From Gemmatimonadaceae bacterium (lineage in GTDB: Bacteria; Gemmatimonadota; Gemmatimonadetes; Gemmatimonadales; Gemmatimonadaceae), in the NCBI GenBank assembly GCA_039936175.1, contig JBDTIV010000017.1, positions 4,058 through 68,057 on the forward strand: DNA of 64,000 nucleotides, in the 5' to 3' direction. The position numbers were made by a program, and so were the translations under genes. Positions 32,580 to 41,625 of this stretch are shown here, piece after piece. A model generated the notes under the pieces. It saw only the letters and a program-made list of their open reading frames with translations, was not told the origin of the DNA and did no database searches. Each line of letters starts with the position of its first letter. The first letter of the stretch is position 1.

Positions 32580-34619
32580 CTACCAGATTACCGGCCTTAC
32601 CGATTCGTCCCTCACCATTGGATCGCCGGGCTTGCAGCCAAACGCGGCCGCGAACTGTGGCAGGTTCGAAAGCGGGCCATTCGTGCGCCACTCGCCTGGC
32701 GAATGCGGATCTGTGTTGATGCGCAGTCTGACAGCCTCAGGAGTGGTGTTGGACCTCCAGATCTGCGCCCAGGCCAGGAAGAAACGCTGCTCCGGTGTAA
32801 AGCCGTCGATGTTTCCGGGGCGGCCCTTCTGCGCCAGCGCTTTCTCGAGCGCCGCGTACGAGATCGACAATCCCCCCAGGTCGGCGAGATTTTCTCCGAG
32901 CGTGAGCTTGCCGTTCACGTGGACGCTGTCGAGGACTGTGTAGCCGTCGTACTGGGACGCGACGAGTCCGGTTCCATGCTTGAATTTCTCGAGATCGGAG
33001 GCCGTCCACCAGTTTCTGAGATTGCCATCGCGATCGAACTGCGCACCCTGATCGTCGAATCCGTGAGTCATCTCGTGTCCGATTACCGCACCCATGCCGC
33101 CGTAATTCACCGCGTCGTCGGCGTTCGGATCGAAGAAAGGCGGCTGCATGATGCCCGCCGGGAACACGATCTCATTCATCTGCGGGTTGTAGTACGCGTT
33201 CACGGTGGGCGGCGTCATACCCCATTCCGACCGATCGACCGGCTGGCCGATTCTCGCCATGTTGCGACGGCGCTCGTACTGCCGGACGGCGAGAACGTTG
33301 TTGAGGAACGGCCCCGGCTGAATGTTGAGCGTCGAGTAGTCGCGCCACTTGTCGGGATAACCGATCTTGTTCGTGAACGCGGCGAGCTTCCCCTCGGCCT
33401 GGGTTTTCGTAGTGTCGCTCATCCACGTCAGAGTCATGATGCGGTCGTGGAACACCGACTCCAGATTGCGCACCATGTCGAGCGCGCGCTGCTTCGCGGC
33501 AGGAGTGAAGTATTGCGCGACGTACGCCTGTCCGAGCGCGTCTCTCAGTCCGTTGTCGGTCGCGCGGGCGCAGCGCTTGTCGCGCGGCAGCATCTCTTTC
33601 GCACCGCTCAGGGTGCTTCCGAACCGGAAATCCTCGTTCACGAACGACGAGCTCAGACTTGGCGCGGCCGCGTCGATGACGTGCCACCGCAGGTATGCCT
33701 TCCAGTCGTCGAGTGAAGCGGAGCTCAACAGGCTGTCGGCAGCTTTGACGAATACGGGGTTCTGAACGTTGATCGTCGATATGTCGCCCCGGCCTTCGCC
33801 CGTGAAGAAAGCCGGCCAGTTGAAGCCCGGCGCGAGCTGCGCCAGCTCCGCCGCCGTCATCCTGTGATAGTTGGAGTTTGGATCGCGCAGCTCCACGCGC
33901 GTGCGAGCTGGCTTTGCGAGACCGGTCTCTATCGCGACGACCCGCTTCGCATCCGTGGCAGCCTGCGCTGGCGTCTCGCCCGCGAGCTGGAACATGCGAC
34001 TCACGTGATCCTGGTAATTGGCGCGGATGTCGACGTATCGCTTGTCGGGATTCAGGTAGTAGTCGCGGTCAGGTAGCGACAGGCCGCCCTGATTCACACC
34101 TGCAATGACGGACGTGCTGTTCTTGGCGTCCTGCTGCGCGCCAAATCCGAAGAGCGACGCAACTCCCATCGAGTGCATCCGTGCGATCTCCGACTCCACC
34201 TGAGCGCGATTGCCCAGCGCAGCGATGCGCGAGAGCTCGGATGCAATGGGCTTCGCGCCGTTCCGTTCCGCGGCGGCGGAGTCCATGCACGACGAGTAGT
34301 AGACGGCCAGCTTGCGCAGATCCGCCGTCGCCTGGTTGTTGCCGTTGGCGGACGCGGCGCGGAGAATCGTCAGCAGATTGCTCTGATTGTTCTCCTGGAG
34401 CTCGTCAAAGCTCCCCCATCGCGCGAAAGCCGCCGGGATTGGATGTGTCTTGATCCATCCGCCGTTCGCGAAGTGATAGAAGTCCGTGCAGGCTGCGACG
34501 GACCTGTCGAGGTTGGCGGGGTCGAGTGGTTTTGTTTGGATTGGAACGGCCGAGGTCTGGGCCGCGGCCGATGTCGCGAGCGCAAAAGTGAAAGCCAACG
34601 CGCGATGGACGAAACGCAT
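32580..34619 (-). CDS. secreted M13 (neprilysin/PepO-like) metalloendopeptidase
   Basis: Signal peptide; CTDFYHFANGGW, KIGYPD, VNAYY, GHEMTHGFDD, GENLADLGG, DPHSP. Confidence 0.95.
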   Translation of the reverse strand: MRFVHRALAFTFALATSAAAQTSAVPIQTKPLDPANLDRSVAACTDFYHFANGGWIKTHPIPAAFARWGSFDELQENNQSNLLTILRAASANGNNQATADLRKLAVYYSSCMDSAAAERNGAKPIASELSRIAALGNRAQVESEIARMHSMGVASLFGFGAQQDAKNSTSVIAGVNQGGLSLPDRDYYLNPDKRYVDIRANYQDHVSRMFQLAGETPAQAATDAKRVVAIETGLAKPARTRVELRDPNSNYHRMTAAELAQLAPGFNWPAFFTGEGRGDISTINVQNPVFVKAADSLLSSASLDDWKAYLRWHVIDAAAPSLSSSFVNEDFRFGSTLSGAKEMLPRDKRCARATDNGLRDALGQAYVAQYFTPAAKQRALDMVRNLESVFHDRIMTLTWMSDTTKTQAEGKLAAFTNKIGYPDKWRDYSTLNIQPGPFLNNVLAVRQYERRRNMARIGQPVDRSEWGMTPPTVNAYYNPQMNEIVFPAGIMQPPFFDPNADDAVNYGGMGAVIGHEMTHGFDDQGAQFDRDGNLRNWWTASDLEKFKHGTGLVASQYDGYTVLDSVHVNGKLTLGENLADLGGLSISYAALEKALAQKGRPGNIDGFTPEQRFFLAWAQIWRSNTTPEAVRLRINTDPHSPGEWRTNGPLSNLPQFAAAFGCKPGDPMVRDESVRPVIW

Positions 34620-34682
34620 GCAGTTGCTCCATAAAGAGTTCAGTTTGGAATAAAAGGCCTGCGCCAGCGATGTCCAGTGCCG

Positions 34683-35180
34683 CTAGCGGACTCTCCGCCG
34701 TTTCTTCTTTTTGGGCGGCTTCATGATCGTGCCGCGACAGTTGGCGGCGCCACACCTGCAGACATAGAATTTCTCCAGTGCCGCGTCGTTCTTTCCCGTC
34801 CTCTCGTACTGATAGTCGTACGCGAGCTCGGTCCCGGGATGGATGCCGTGCAGGGCGTGGATGAAAATCTTCTTTCCCGTGATTACCGCTTCGCAGTTGG
34901 GCTCGCACGAGTGATTGATGAAGCTGGCGTCTCCTCCGCCCGCCGCCTCCGCCCCGTCGATGACGATGTTATTGGTCAATGTGAACAGGAAGGTGTGGTG
35001 GCGTCTCATCTTGTCATCGTCGTAGCGGCGGTCCGCCTCATCGTTGTCGATGCGCTCACCGATGTACTCGACGATTCTCGTACCCCTCCTGATGTATCGG
35101 TTGGCGAATACTCCCCGGCCGTGGATGTGGGAGCTGCGCACGACATACAGGGGCTCGCGCCCATTCTTTGACTCTGCCAT
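34683..35180 (-). CDS. SET-domain protein-lysine methyltransferase with post-SET Cys cluster
   Basis: IHGRGVFA, EYIGE, FINHSCEPN, ELAYDY, CRCGAANCRG; ATG 35180. Confidence 0.92.
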   Translation of the reverse strand: MAESKNGREPLYVVRSSHIHGRGVFANRYIRRGTRIVEYIGERIDNDEADRRYDDDKMRRHHTFLFTLTNNIVIDGAEAAGGGDASFINHSCEPNCEAVITGKKIFIHALHGIHPGTELAYDYQYERTGKNDAALEKFYVCRCGAANCRGTIMKPPKKKKRRRVR

Positions 35181-35197
35181 CGATTGTCTGTGAAGTG

Positions 35198-36520
35198 TTA
35201 TCGCGCGGGTGATGCGACTATGAGGCCAGCGCACTCGCCGAGGCCGATCCTGGCGGCGCCTTCCCTCTCAAAGTAGGCGCGCATGATGATTTCATCGCCG
35301 TCATGTAGGAACTTGCGCTCTTCGCCGGTCGGAAGCGTGAGTGCCTCTGCCCCCCGGCGAGTGAGCTCGAGCATGCAGCCCTGCGAAGCCGGCTCCGGTC
35401 CGGAAATGGTGCCACTCGCGAACAGATCCCCAGTCCGGAGATTGCAGCCGTTGCTCGCGTGGTGCGTAAGCATTTGCGCGGCGGTCCAGTACATGTCTGC
35501 CAGCGAGGCTGCGCTTAATCGTGAGGGCCGGAGGTGGCCTTCCCGCATCAGCATCGATCGGATGTAAACCTCGACCGTCAGATCGATGCCGCCTTCATTC
35601 TTGTCCTGCTCCGAAGAGAGATAGAGCAGCGGCTGCGGATCGCTCGGCGGGCGGAAAAAAGCGGGAACGCGATAGGGCTCGAGCGCTTCCAATGTCACGA
35701 CCCACGGCGAGATGCTGGTCGCAAAATTTTTGGAGAGAAATGGCCCGAGTGGCTGGTATTCCCACGACTGGATGTCGCGCGCCGACCAGTCGTTGACAAG
35801 GCAGATGCCAAAGATGTGATCTTCGGCATCCTCGATCGGAATAGGATTGCCCAAATCGTTGCCCTGTCCCACAAAAAAACCTACCTCGGCCTCGTAGTCG
35901 AGCATTTGCGTGGGGCCGAACACCGGCGTTGACGATCCTGTAGCGACGGTCTGTCCCTTGGGCCGACGCACGTCGGATCCGCTGAGCACGATCGACGAGG
36001 CGCGCCCGTGGTACCCGATTGGCACGTGCTTGTAGTTGGGGAGCAATGGACTGTCGGGGCGAAAGAGCTTGCCGACGTTCGTCGCGTGGTAAATAGAAGC
36101 ATAAAAGTCGGTATAATCCCCGATGTCCGTGGGCAGACGCATCTCCGCCTCGGCCATCGGAACGAGAGCGCCAGGCGGGAGTGGGTTTATGTCGCTCTCG
36201 TTCCCCGGCGTTCCCGAAAGAAGCTCGCTCAGCTGCGCTCGAAATTCGGAAAGCGCCGCCTTGGGGGCTTGCATCAGCTCGTTCATTGTCGGGCGATCGC
36301 AGAAGCGCGCGACGTCGCGGGCCTTGCCAGCCCACAAATTCGCCGACAGCGATTCGCCGACGTCGACGATCTGATCTCCGATCGCCACGCCAACCCGACG
36401 CTCTGTCTCGCCTTTGCGCGAGAAAACACCGAAGGGAAGATTCTGAATTGGAAAGTCGGTGTCGCGGGAATTGGCGGATGCGATCCACGAGGTGAGCGCG
36501 GGATCGTGCGTCTTGTTCAT
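35198..36520 (-). CDS. fahA: fumarylacetoacetase
   Basis: Motifs DFPIQNLPFG, DYTDFY, HATNVG, GYHGRASS, NDWSARDIQSWEYQPLGPF, SGTISG. Confidence 0.95.
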   Translation of the reverse strand: MNKTHDPALTSWIASANSRDTDFPIQNLPFGVFSRKGETERRVGVAIGDQIVDVGESLSANLWAGKARDVARFCDRPTMNELMQAPKAALSEFRAQLSELLSGTPGNESDINPLPPGALVPMAEAEMRLPTDIGDYTDFYASIYHATNVGKLFRPDSPLLPNYKHVPIGYHGRASSIVLSGSDVRRPKGQTVATGSSTPVFGPTQMLDYEAEVGFFVGQGNDLGNPIPIEDAEDHIFGICLVNDWSARDIQSWEYQPLGPFLSKNFATSISPWVVTLEALEPYRVPAFFRPPSDPQPLLYLSSEQDKNEGGIDLTVEVYIRSMLMREGHLRPSRLSAASLADMYWTAAQMLTHHASNGCNLRTGDLFASGTISGPEPASQGCMLELTRRGAEALTLPTGEERKFLHDGDEIIMRAYFEREGAARIGLGECAGLIVASPAR

Positions 36521-37512
36521 CGCGCCCCCACCCCCATCGAACGCGCCAGACGGTCGAGCTCCTCCACCGGCTCACGGAAGGAGCAGGAGCCAAAGGAGAT
36601 TGCGAGATGATCTCTCGCTGACCGAATTTGCCGGGCGTAGAGACGATGGCCTCGCCAGACGATTGCGTCGTCGAAGAAGGCGAACGCCGAGGCGTCAGTC
36701 TCTTCGAGCATTGCCATTGAAGTCTCGCGCTCCTCTCCGGCGTGTATCAGAACGGCGGCGAGAAAGACGTTGAGAAATCCGTACATCGTTCCCAATCTGC
36801 TCGCGGGCTCGTACGTAAGGCGATAGGGACCGCGAACGGGGTGGTGCAGCCCTGCGGTTGCCTTGAAGGACACGCCGAGACGATGGCAGGCGATCATGAA
36901 ATCGATGATCTGGCCGGCAGGCGGAAACACGGCGGCGGTGACGCCGCCGGTCCGAATCTTCGCACGCGAGCCCTGTCGGTGAAGAGTTTCGATGAGGCCC
37001 GGCACGTCGCCGGCGAGCGGAATCTCGAAATAACATGTGAAAGAATCGGGCACCGCCGCGCGCTGGCGCTCGATCTCATCCGAGCTGCCAGCCTTGAGTT
37101 CCACGACGTCGATCACCGCACGCCCTGCATCCGATCCATCCGAGTGACGTCGGTTGAAGTCGGAGATCTCCCTAGCGGCCGAGGCAACCTCACCCGCGAC
37201 CAGCGCGCTCAATCTCCACGGCGCAGCGACGGTTCGTCCCGGAAGCAGCGCGCTCCCCGCCTGTTCCAGCTCTCTCAAATGAGACAACGGCACAATGAAT
37301 CTTCCGAGCGCGTTGCGGTCGGGACCGGCAAAGTAGGAGGCGTAGCTCTCGAGCGCTTGCCGCATCGTCTCGGTCGCAGGCGGAAAGAGGCCTGCGTAGT
37401 CAACGAGGCCGGCCATAAGCGCGTCGAGCGCCTTCAAGGACGCGTTCCCGGATTGATTGAGTCGATCATCGCCGGGAAAGTTACCGCCAACAGCTGTCCT
37501 GGGAGAAGTCAA
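36517..37512 (-). CDS. conserved hypothetical protein coupled to fahA
   Basis: LVDYAGLFPPA, KIRTGG, FKATAGLHHPVR, GFLNVF, SFGSCSFREP; overlaps both neighbours; start is uncertain. Confidence 0.75.
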   Translation of the reverse strand: MTSPRTAVGGNFPGDDRLNQSGNASLKALDALMAGLVDYAGLFPPATETMRQALESYASYFAGPDRNALGRFIVPLSHLRELEQAGSALLPGRTVAAPWRLSALVAGEVASAAREISDFNRRHSDGSDAGRAVIDVVELKAGSSDEIERQRAAVPDSFTCYFEIPLAGDVPGLIETLHRQGSRAKIRTGGVTAAVFPPAGQIIDFMIACHRLGVSFKATAGLHHPVRGPYRLTYEPASRLGTMYGFLNVFLAAVLIHAGEERETSMAMLEETDASAFAFFDDAIVWRGHRLYARQIRSARDHLAISFGSCSFREPVEELDRLARSMGVGAR

Positions 37513-37925
37513 CGGTCGCGAAGGCGGCGCACGAATTTGAGTCCCGCCCAGGTACCATCGACGGCGCAGACTTTCACGTCGACGAGTCCAGCCTCCAGTC
37601 CGACCGCTCTTACGAAGTTCTCATCGAGATCCGTTTCCACGCCAGAGCTTTTCTTCGGCCACGACACCCACAGCATGCCATTTGACTCGAGCCGATCGCG
37701 GAGAGCAGCAAAGCGTTTTACGAGGTCCGCTCGCCGTCGCACGAAGAGCATCGCGAAATCGAGCGCTCCGCGTTCGATCTGTTTCATGCCCGCGGGGAAC
37801 GGTCCGAGCGTGTCGTCAAAATCGTCCGGCGCTCTTACAAGCTGAATTCGCGTGTCAGGCTTGATCCCAAGCTTCGCGATGAGCGGGGTCCCGGAATACC
37901 CGACCGACTTTTTCACCGACCCCAT
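37509..37925 (-). CDS. DUF3052-like protein
   Basis: Motifs GYSGTPLIAKLGIK, WVSWPKKSSG, GLVDVKVCAVD, WAGLKFV. Confidence 0.8.
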   Translation of the reverse strand: MGSVKKSVGYSGTPLIAKLGIKPDTRIQLVRAPDDFDDTLGPFPAGMKQIERGALDFAMLFVRRRADLVKRFAALRDRLESNGMLWVSWPKKSSGVETDLDENFVRAVGLEAGLVDVKVCAVDGTWAGLKFVRRLRDR

Positions 37926-37953
37926 TTTGTGCGCGTGGCTTCAGGTGTAAGCA

Positions 37954-37991
37954 TCGCGGCGGAGAGAGTCTAAATGCTCTCGCCGCCGCGA
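37954..37991. terminator. GC-rich stem-loop after the GlsB/YeaQ gene
   Basis: TCGCGGCGG-AGAGAG...CTCTC-G-CCGCCGCGA; no strong U-tract. Confidence 0.4.
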
Positions 37992-37995
37992 CAGA

Positions 37996-38256
37996 TCAGA
38001 CCTTTCTTGTAGAGCCGCGTATCAGGCGAAGCACGAACAGGAGAACCACGGCGCCGATGAATGCGACGAAGATCGTGCCACCCATGCCGCCAAACGGGGT
38101 GGAAATTCCGAGGGTGCTGAAAAGCCATCCTCCGATGAACGCTCCAACGATGCCGATGACGATGTCGCCGATTATGCCGTAGCCGGTGCCGCCCATCACG
38201 AGCGATGCGAGAACTCCAGCGACAAGACCAACGACGATCCAGGCTACTATACTCAT
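37996..38256 (-). CDS. GlsB/YeaQ/YmgE (transglycosylase-associated) stress membrane protein
   Basis: IVAWIVVGLVAGVLA, GIIGDIVIGIVGAFIGGWLF, AFIGAVVLLF. Confidence 0.9.
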   Translation of the reverse strand: MSIVAWIVVGLVAGVLASLVMGGTGYGIIGDIVIGIVGAFIGGWLFSTLGISTPFGGMGGTIFVAFIGAVVLLFVLRLIRGSTRKV

Positions 38257-38371
38257 GGTGTCCGCCCTCGAAAGATTGTTGAATCCTTACGTTTGGCTTC
38301 GGTCCATTGTTACACCGCGCCGGTGGCTCTCGGTTGGAAGATACGCGCCCGGACGGGGAATACCAGTCGAT

Positions 38372-38848
38372 TTATCGCTGGTACTTGAATGAGTCGAATC
38401 CGACCCCGTTGGACTCCTGGTAGGTAATCGAGTTGACCGTGACGGTTCCCGTGAAATTCCGAGCGCCGGAAGTGTTCTGGGCCGGCGCGGAAAACACTAT
38501 CGTGCCCCCGCTCGACGTGTAGGTTCCCACGCTCGTGAACGCCGACTGATGACTGGCAGCACCGGTTGGCGCGACCGTGACACTATTGATCTCTGTGAAA
38601 GTGCCGTCGGACCTCAGAGTAAGCGTGCCGTCCGTCCAGGTGGCGGTGCCGCCATTCGGGAAATCGCTGGATGAGTCCGACGCCTGATATGTATCGACGA
38701 CTGGAGGCGTCTTGCCGCGGAAAAGCGTGAGGTTGTAAGTGCCGACGACGTTTCCAGGAGTCACGAGGTTGTTGTCTTTGCACGCAGCAAATAACAGCGG
38801 CATGGCCGCGGTAAGTGCCAGGAAGAGCCTGGCGTTTCTGGTGAACAT
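38372..38848 (-). CDS. lipoprotein of unknown function (beta-rich, lipocalin-like pattern)
   Basis: ATG 38848 with GAGG upstream; lipobox LFAAC; VVGTYNL...TLTLRSDGTF...GTYT. Confidence 0.75.
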   Translation of the reverse strand: MFTRNARLFLALTAAMPLLFAACKDNNLVTPGNVVGTYNLTLFRGKTPPVVDTYQASDSSSDFPNGGTATWTDGTLTLRSDGTFTEINSVTVAPTGAASHQSAFTSVGTYTSSGGTIVFSAPAQNTSGARNFTGTVTVNSITYQESNGVGFDSFKYQR

Positions 38849-38902
38849 GGTGCCTCGCGCGTTGGTCGTTGGAGTTGCCGTTCCGTCACAACCCGGTACG
38901 GC

Positions 38903-38912
38903 TTGTATACAA
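38903..38912. promoter_or_regulatory. perfect palindrome TTGTATACAA, possible GntR/FadR-type operator
   Basis: AT-rich 10-bp palindrome in a GC-rich intergenic region about 55 bp upstream of the lipoprotein start. Confidence 0.35.
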
Positions 38913-38938
38913 TCCCAGATCGATGCCTGCAATAACCG

Positions 38939-38965
38939 TACGTGACAATCCGCGCGGGCGTTGCA
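38939..38965 (-). promoter_or_regulatory. possible ECF sigma promoter
   Basis: Minus strand TGCAAC-N17-CGTA (AAC...CGT pattern) upstream of the lipoprotein. Confidence 0.35.
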
Positions 38966-38967
38966 TA

Positions 38968-40113
38968 TCACTTTCTCCCTGCAAGCGATGCTATCTCCTG
39001 ACCAGCCGCCCGGACGAGCGCGCCAGTGATCATTCGAATTGGTACGCCGCCGCTGAACGCGCCCGCTATCGCGTACAGATCGCGTGGAGGAAAGCGCGAG
39101 CCCTCGGCGATCGCATAAATGGGTTCCCACCGCTGGGGATTGAACTTCGCCTTGAACGCATCGAGACCGATGAAGTTGTAGAATCTCGCGCCGTAAAGTT
39201 TCACCCACCGCAGCGTCAGCCGCAGCCACAATGGTTGGGGAATCTCAGCGAGGGACGCCCGCTCGGAAAGCGGCGAAAGGCCCAGCGTCGCGTACCTCGA
39301 GCCCGACCCAGCCACGGCACGCATCGCGTGGTCGACCAACAGCTCCACGGTTCCATTCGGTGCATGGCGTCCTCTGACGATCTGCTCAACCAGCCAGCCA
39401 TTACGCGCGGGCACGGGCGACAGAATCGTGAACCCGACCACATCCCCGTTTCCCCGAGCGGCGACGAATACGCGTCGATCCCGCAGATCGCTCAGAGTCT
39501 CCGGCTCGACCATGAAGTGCAGGGGCGGGAGACCCCGGGTCGTCAGCCAATCCGACAAGCATTGTCTCAGCGCAGGATGATTCTCCGCCATTTCGGGGGG
39601 CCACTCGATGACTGCGACGCCTTTGTTGCGCGCCCTGTTGAATTGCCCGCGCAATGAGGAGCGTCGCCCCACCGCCTCCGTCCAGCTATTCGGGTCCCAG
39701 ACGGGCTGCGCCCCGAGAAGCACGCGAGACCAGTGGGGCTTTGCGCCAAGACTCGCGTCGAGCCGCTCGCCCGCCCCGAAGAAACACACACGCTCGCCAT
39801 GCGCCCGCGCGTCATCCATGAATTCCGACGTGATCGCATCCAGAAGCTCGTGATCGCAGACCGGCGCGCCACCCACGACCCGGGTCTTCGCGTGCCTGAC
39901 GAACCCGACGACGCCATCTCCGCCTCGCGAAAACCAGAGCGCGATGCCAGGATTGAGAATCTGGTAGGCGGTTGCGTTCCAGCCGTAACGCAGCACCAGC
40001 TCGCGTGCTTTCTCATGATCGCCATCGGTTGGCACTGCGCGGAAATCTGACACTCTGATTGCTTGCGCACGGGACGCGCCATCCTCGCGATCACTGTGCA
40101 AAGAGTCCTTCAC
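38968..40113 (-). CDS. stand-alone MprF/LPG-synthase C-terminal (DUF2156) tRNA-dependent aminoacyltransferase-like protein
   Basis: GAPVC, FFGA, NRARNKG, APNGTVELLV, LGLSPL, GLDAFKAKFNPQRWEPIY; no TM flippase domain. Confidence 0.82.
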   Translation of the reverse strand: MKDSLHSDREDGASRAQAIRVSDFRAVPTDGDHEKARELVLRYGWNATAYQILNPGIALWFSRGGDGVVGFVRHAKTRVVGGAPVCDHELLDAITSEFMDDARAHGERVCFFGAGERLDASLGAKPHWSRVLLGAQPVWDPNSWTEAVGRRSSLRGQFNRARNKGVAVIEWPPEMAENHPALRQCLSDWLTTRGLPPLHFMVEPETLSDLRDRRVFVAARGNGDVVGFTILSPVPARNGWLVEQIVRGRHAPNGTVELLVDHAMRAVAGSGSRYATLGLSPLSERASLAEIPQPLWLRLTLRWVKLYGARFYNFIGLDAFKAKFNPQRWEPIYAIAEGSRFPPRDLYAIAGAFSGGVPIRMITGALVRAAGQEIASLAGRK

Positions 40114-40140
40114 CGTTCGCCAGAAGTCGCTCGCCTCGCC

Positions 40141-40169
40141 CGAGTGTTCGCTGGCCTCACGAACACTCG
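40141..40169. promoter_or_regulatory. perfect 10-bp inverted repeat in a divergent intergenic region
   Basis: CGAGTGTTCG-N9-CGAACACTCG. Confidence 0.4.
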
Positions 40170-40296
40170 TCCAAAGCCACTATCGTAGCGAGCATCGTCA
40201 TGGCACGACGGCGGGATGTCCAACTCTGTCGTCGGGGGTAGCAGGTACCTCGTCGGCCTGCTACCCCAGCCACCTCCCTGCCGCCAAATTCCAGTG

Positions 40297-41625
40297 ATGC
40301 AGTTATTCTCGACCTCCTCATTCGCGCCTCCCCCCAGCCTTCGCCTGAGGCGCGACAGAGCCGAGAGAATATTGAACGGCCTGAGGGCCGCCGTGGTTTC
40401 CCTGCTCACGGCCTCTGCACTCATGTACGCCCCGCACCTTTCGAGGGAGCTCAACACCGCCAACGTCGTGGTGTTGGCGCCGACGCTCGCCTGGACCATC
40501 GCGCAATATCTCATCTGGTATCGGCATCCGGAGCTGCCCGGCTGGCTCTCGTCCGTCAATCCGATAGTCGACGTTACCGCCGTCACCGCGATCATCGGCG
40601 GCTACGCTATAGCGGAGTCGGGCGTGCTGGCGCTCCGATCTCCGATCTTCCTCATGTACTTCGTGGTGCTCGCGGGGAGGCCCGTCGCTTCCTCAGTGAA
40701 GAAGGCGACCGTCATTTCGGCGCTGGCGTGGCTCGAGTACGCGCTGCTTCTGCTTTGGTTGTGGTCGACCAACCAGGTGCCGATGGTGATCAACCCTATC
40801 GACGCCGTACAGCTCGCGCGCATCACTCCGCTCGATGAAGCTGCCAAGCTCGTACTGCTCGCTATGTTCGGCATAGTCTCGACCTATGCCACCTATTGGG
40901 TCGAGCACCTCGTCCGCGAGGCGAGCAAGGAATCCGCGGAGCGTCAGCGCGTCGTAACTCGCCTGGTCCAGGCTGAGCTCGATACTCTGAAGCTCCAGCT
41001 CAATCCGCATTTCCTGTTCAATGCGCTCAACGGCGCGATGGCTCTGATCGCGACGGATCCACCCGCCGCGGAGCGCATGGTATCGGAGCTGAGCGACTTC
41101 CTGCGGCTTGTGCTTTCCACATCGAGCGAGCAGGAAGTCCCGCTGGAGCGCGAGCTGGGACTCCTCGATCGCTACGTCGCGATTCAGCGTGTTCGCTTCG
41201 AGGAGAGACTTACCGTGACGTGCAACATCGAGGACGGCGTGCGCGCGGCACTCGTACCGAGCCTGTTGCTCCAGCCATTGGTCGAGAACGCGATCCGTCA
41301 CGGGATCAGTCCACGCGCCGGCGCCGGTTATGTTCATGTAACGGCGCGCCGCGTGGGTGACAAACTGGCGATCGCGATTCTCGACGACGGCGTTGGTGTG
41401 AGAGCGCGCAGGTCGCGTGAGCGCTCGCGCGGCACCGGACTCGGGCTTACCAACACCAGAACGAGACTCATTCACCTTTATGGGGACGGCCACGAATTCG
41501 AGAGTGGCCCCCGCGACGAAGGCGGTTACGCGGTGACAATTATGATTCCATTCAGGCTCGGTAGACTCTCGCCCGGCAGGAACGGTGCACAAACACAGGA
41601 TCTTGCCCCGGTGAGCCAGACGTGA
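40297..41625 (+). CDS. LytS/YehU-family membrane sensor histidine kinase
   Basis: About 5-6 TM helices, LKLQLNPHFLFNALN, LLQPLVENAIRHG, DDGVG, GLGLTNTRTRL; start at 40297 (ORF open from 40216). Confidence 0.92.
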   Translation: MQLFSTSSFAPPPSLRLRRDRAERILNGLRAAVVSLLTASALMYAPHLSRELNTANVVVLAPTLAWTIAQYLIWYRHPELPGWLSSVNPIVDVTAVTAIIGGYAIAESGVLALRSPIFLMYFVVLAGRPVASSVKKATVISALAWLEYALLLLWLWSTNQVPMVINPIDAVQLARITPLDEAAKLVLLAMFGIVSTYATYWVEHLVREASKESAERQRVVTRLVQAELDTLKLQLNPHFLFNALNGAMALIATDPPAAERMVSELSDFLRLVLSTSSEQEVPLERELGLLDRYVAIQRVRFEERLTVTCNIEDGVRAALVPSLLLQPLVENAIRHGISPRAGAGYVHVTARRVGDKLAIAILDDGVGVRARRSRERSRGTGLGLTNTRTRLIHLYGDGHEFESGPRDEGGYAVTIMIPFRLGRLSPGRNGAQTQDLAPVSQT

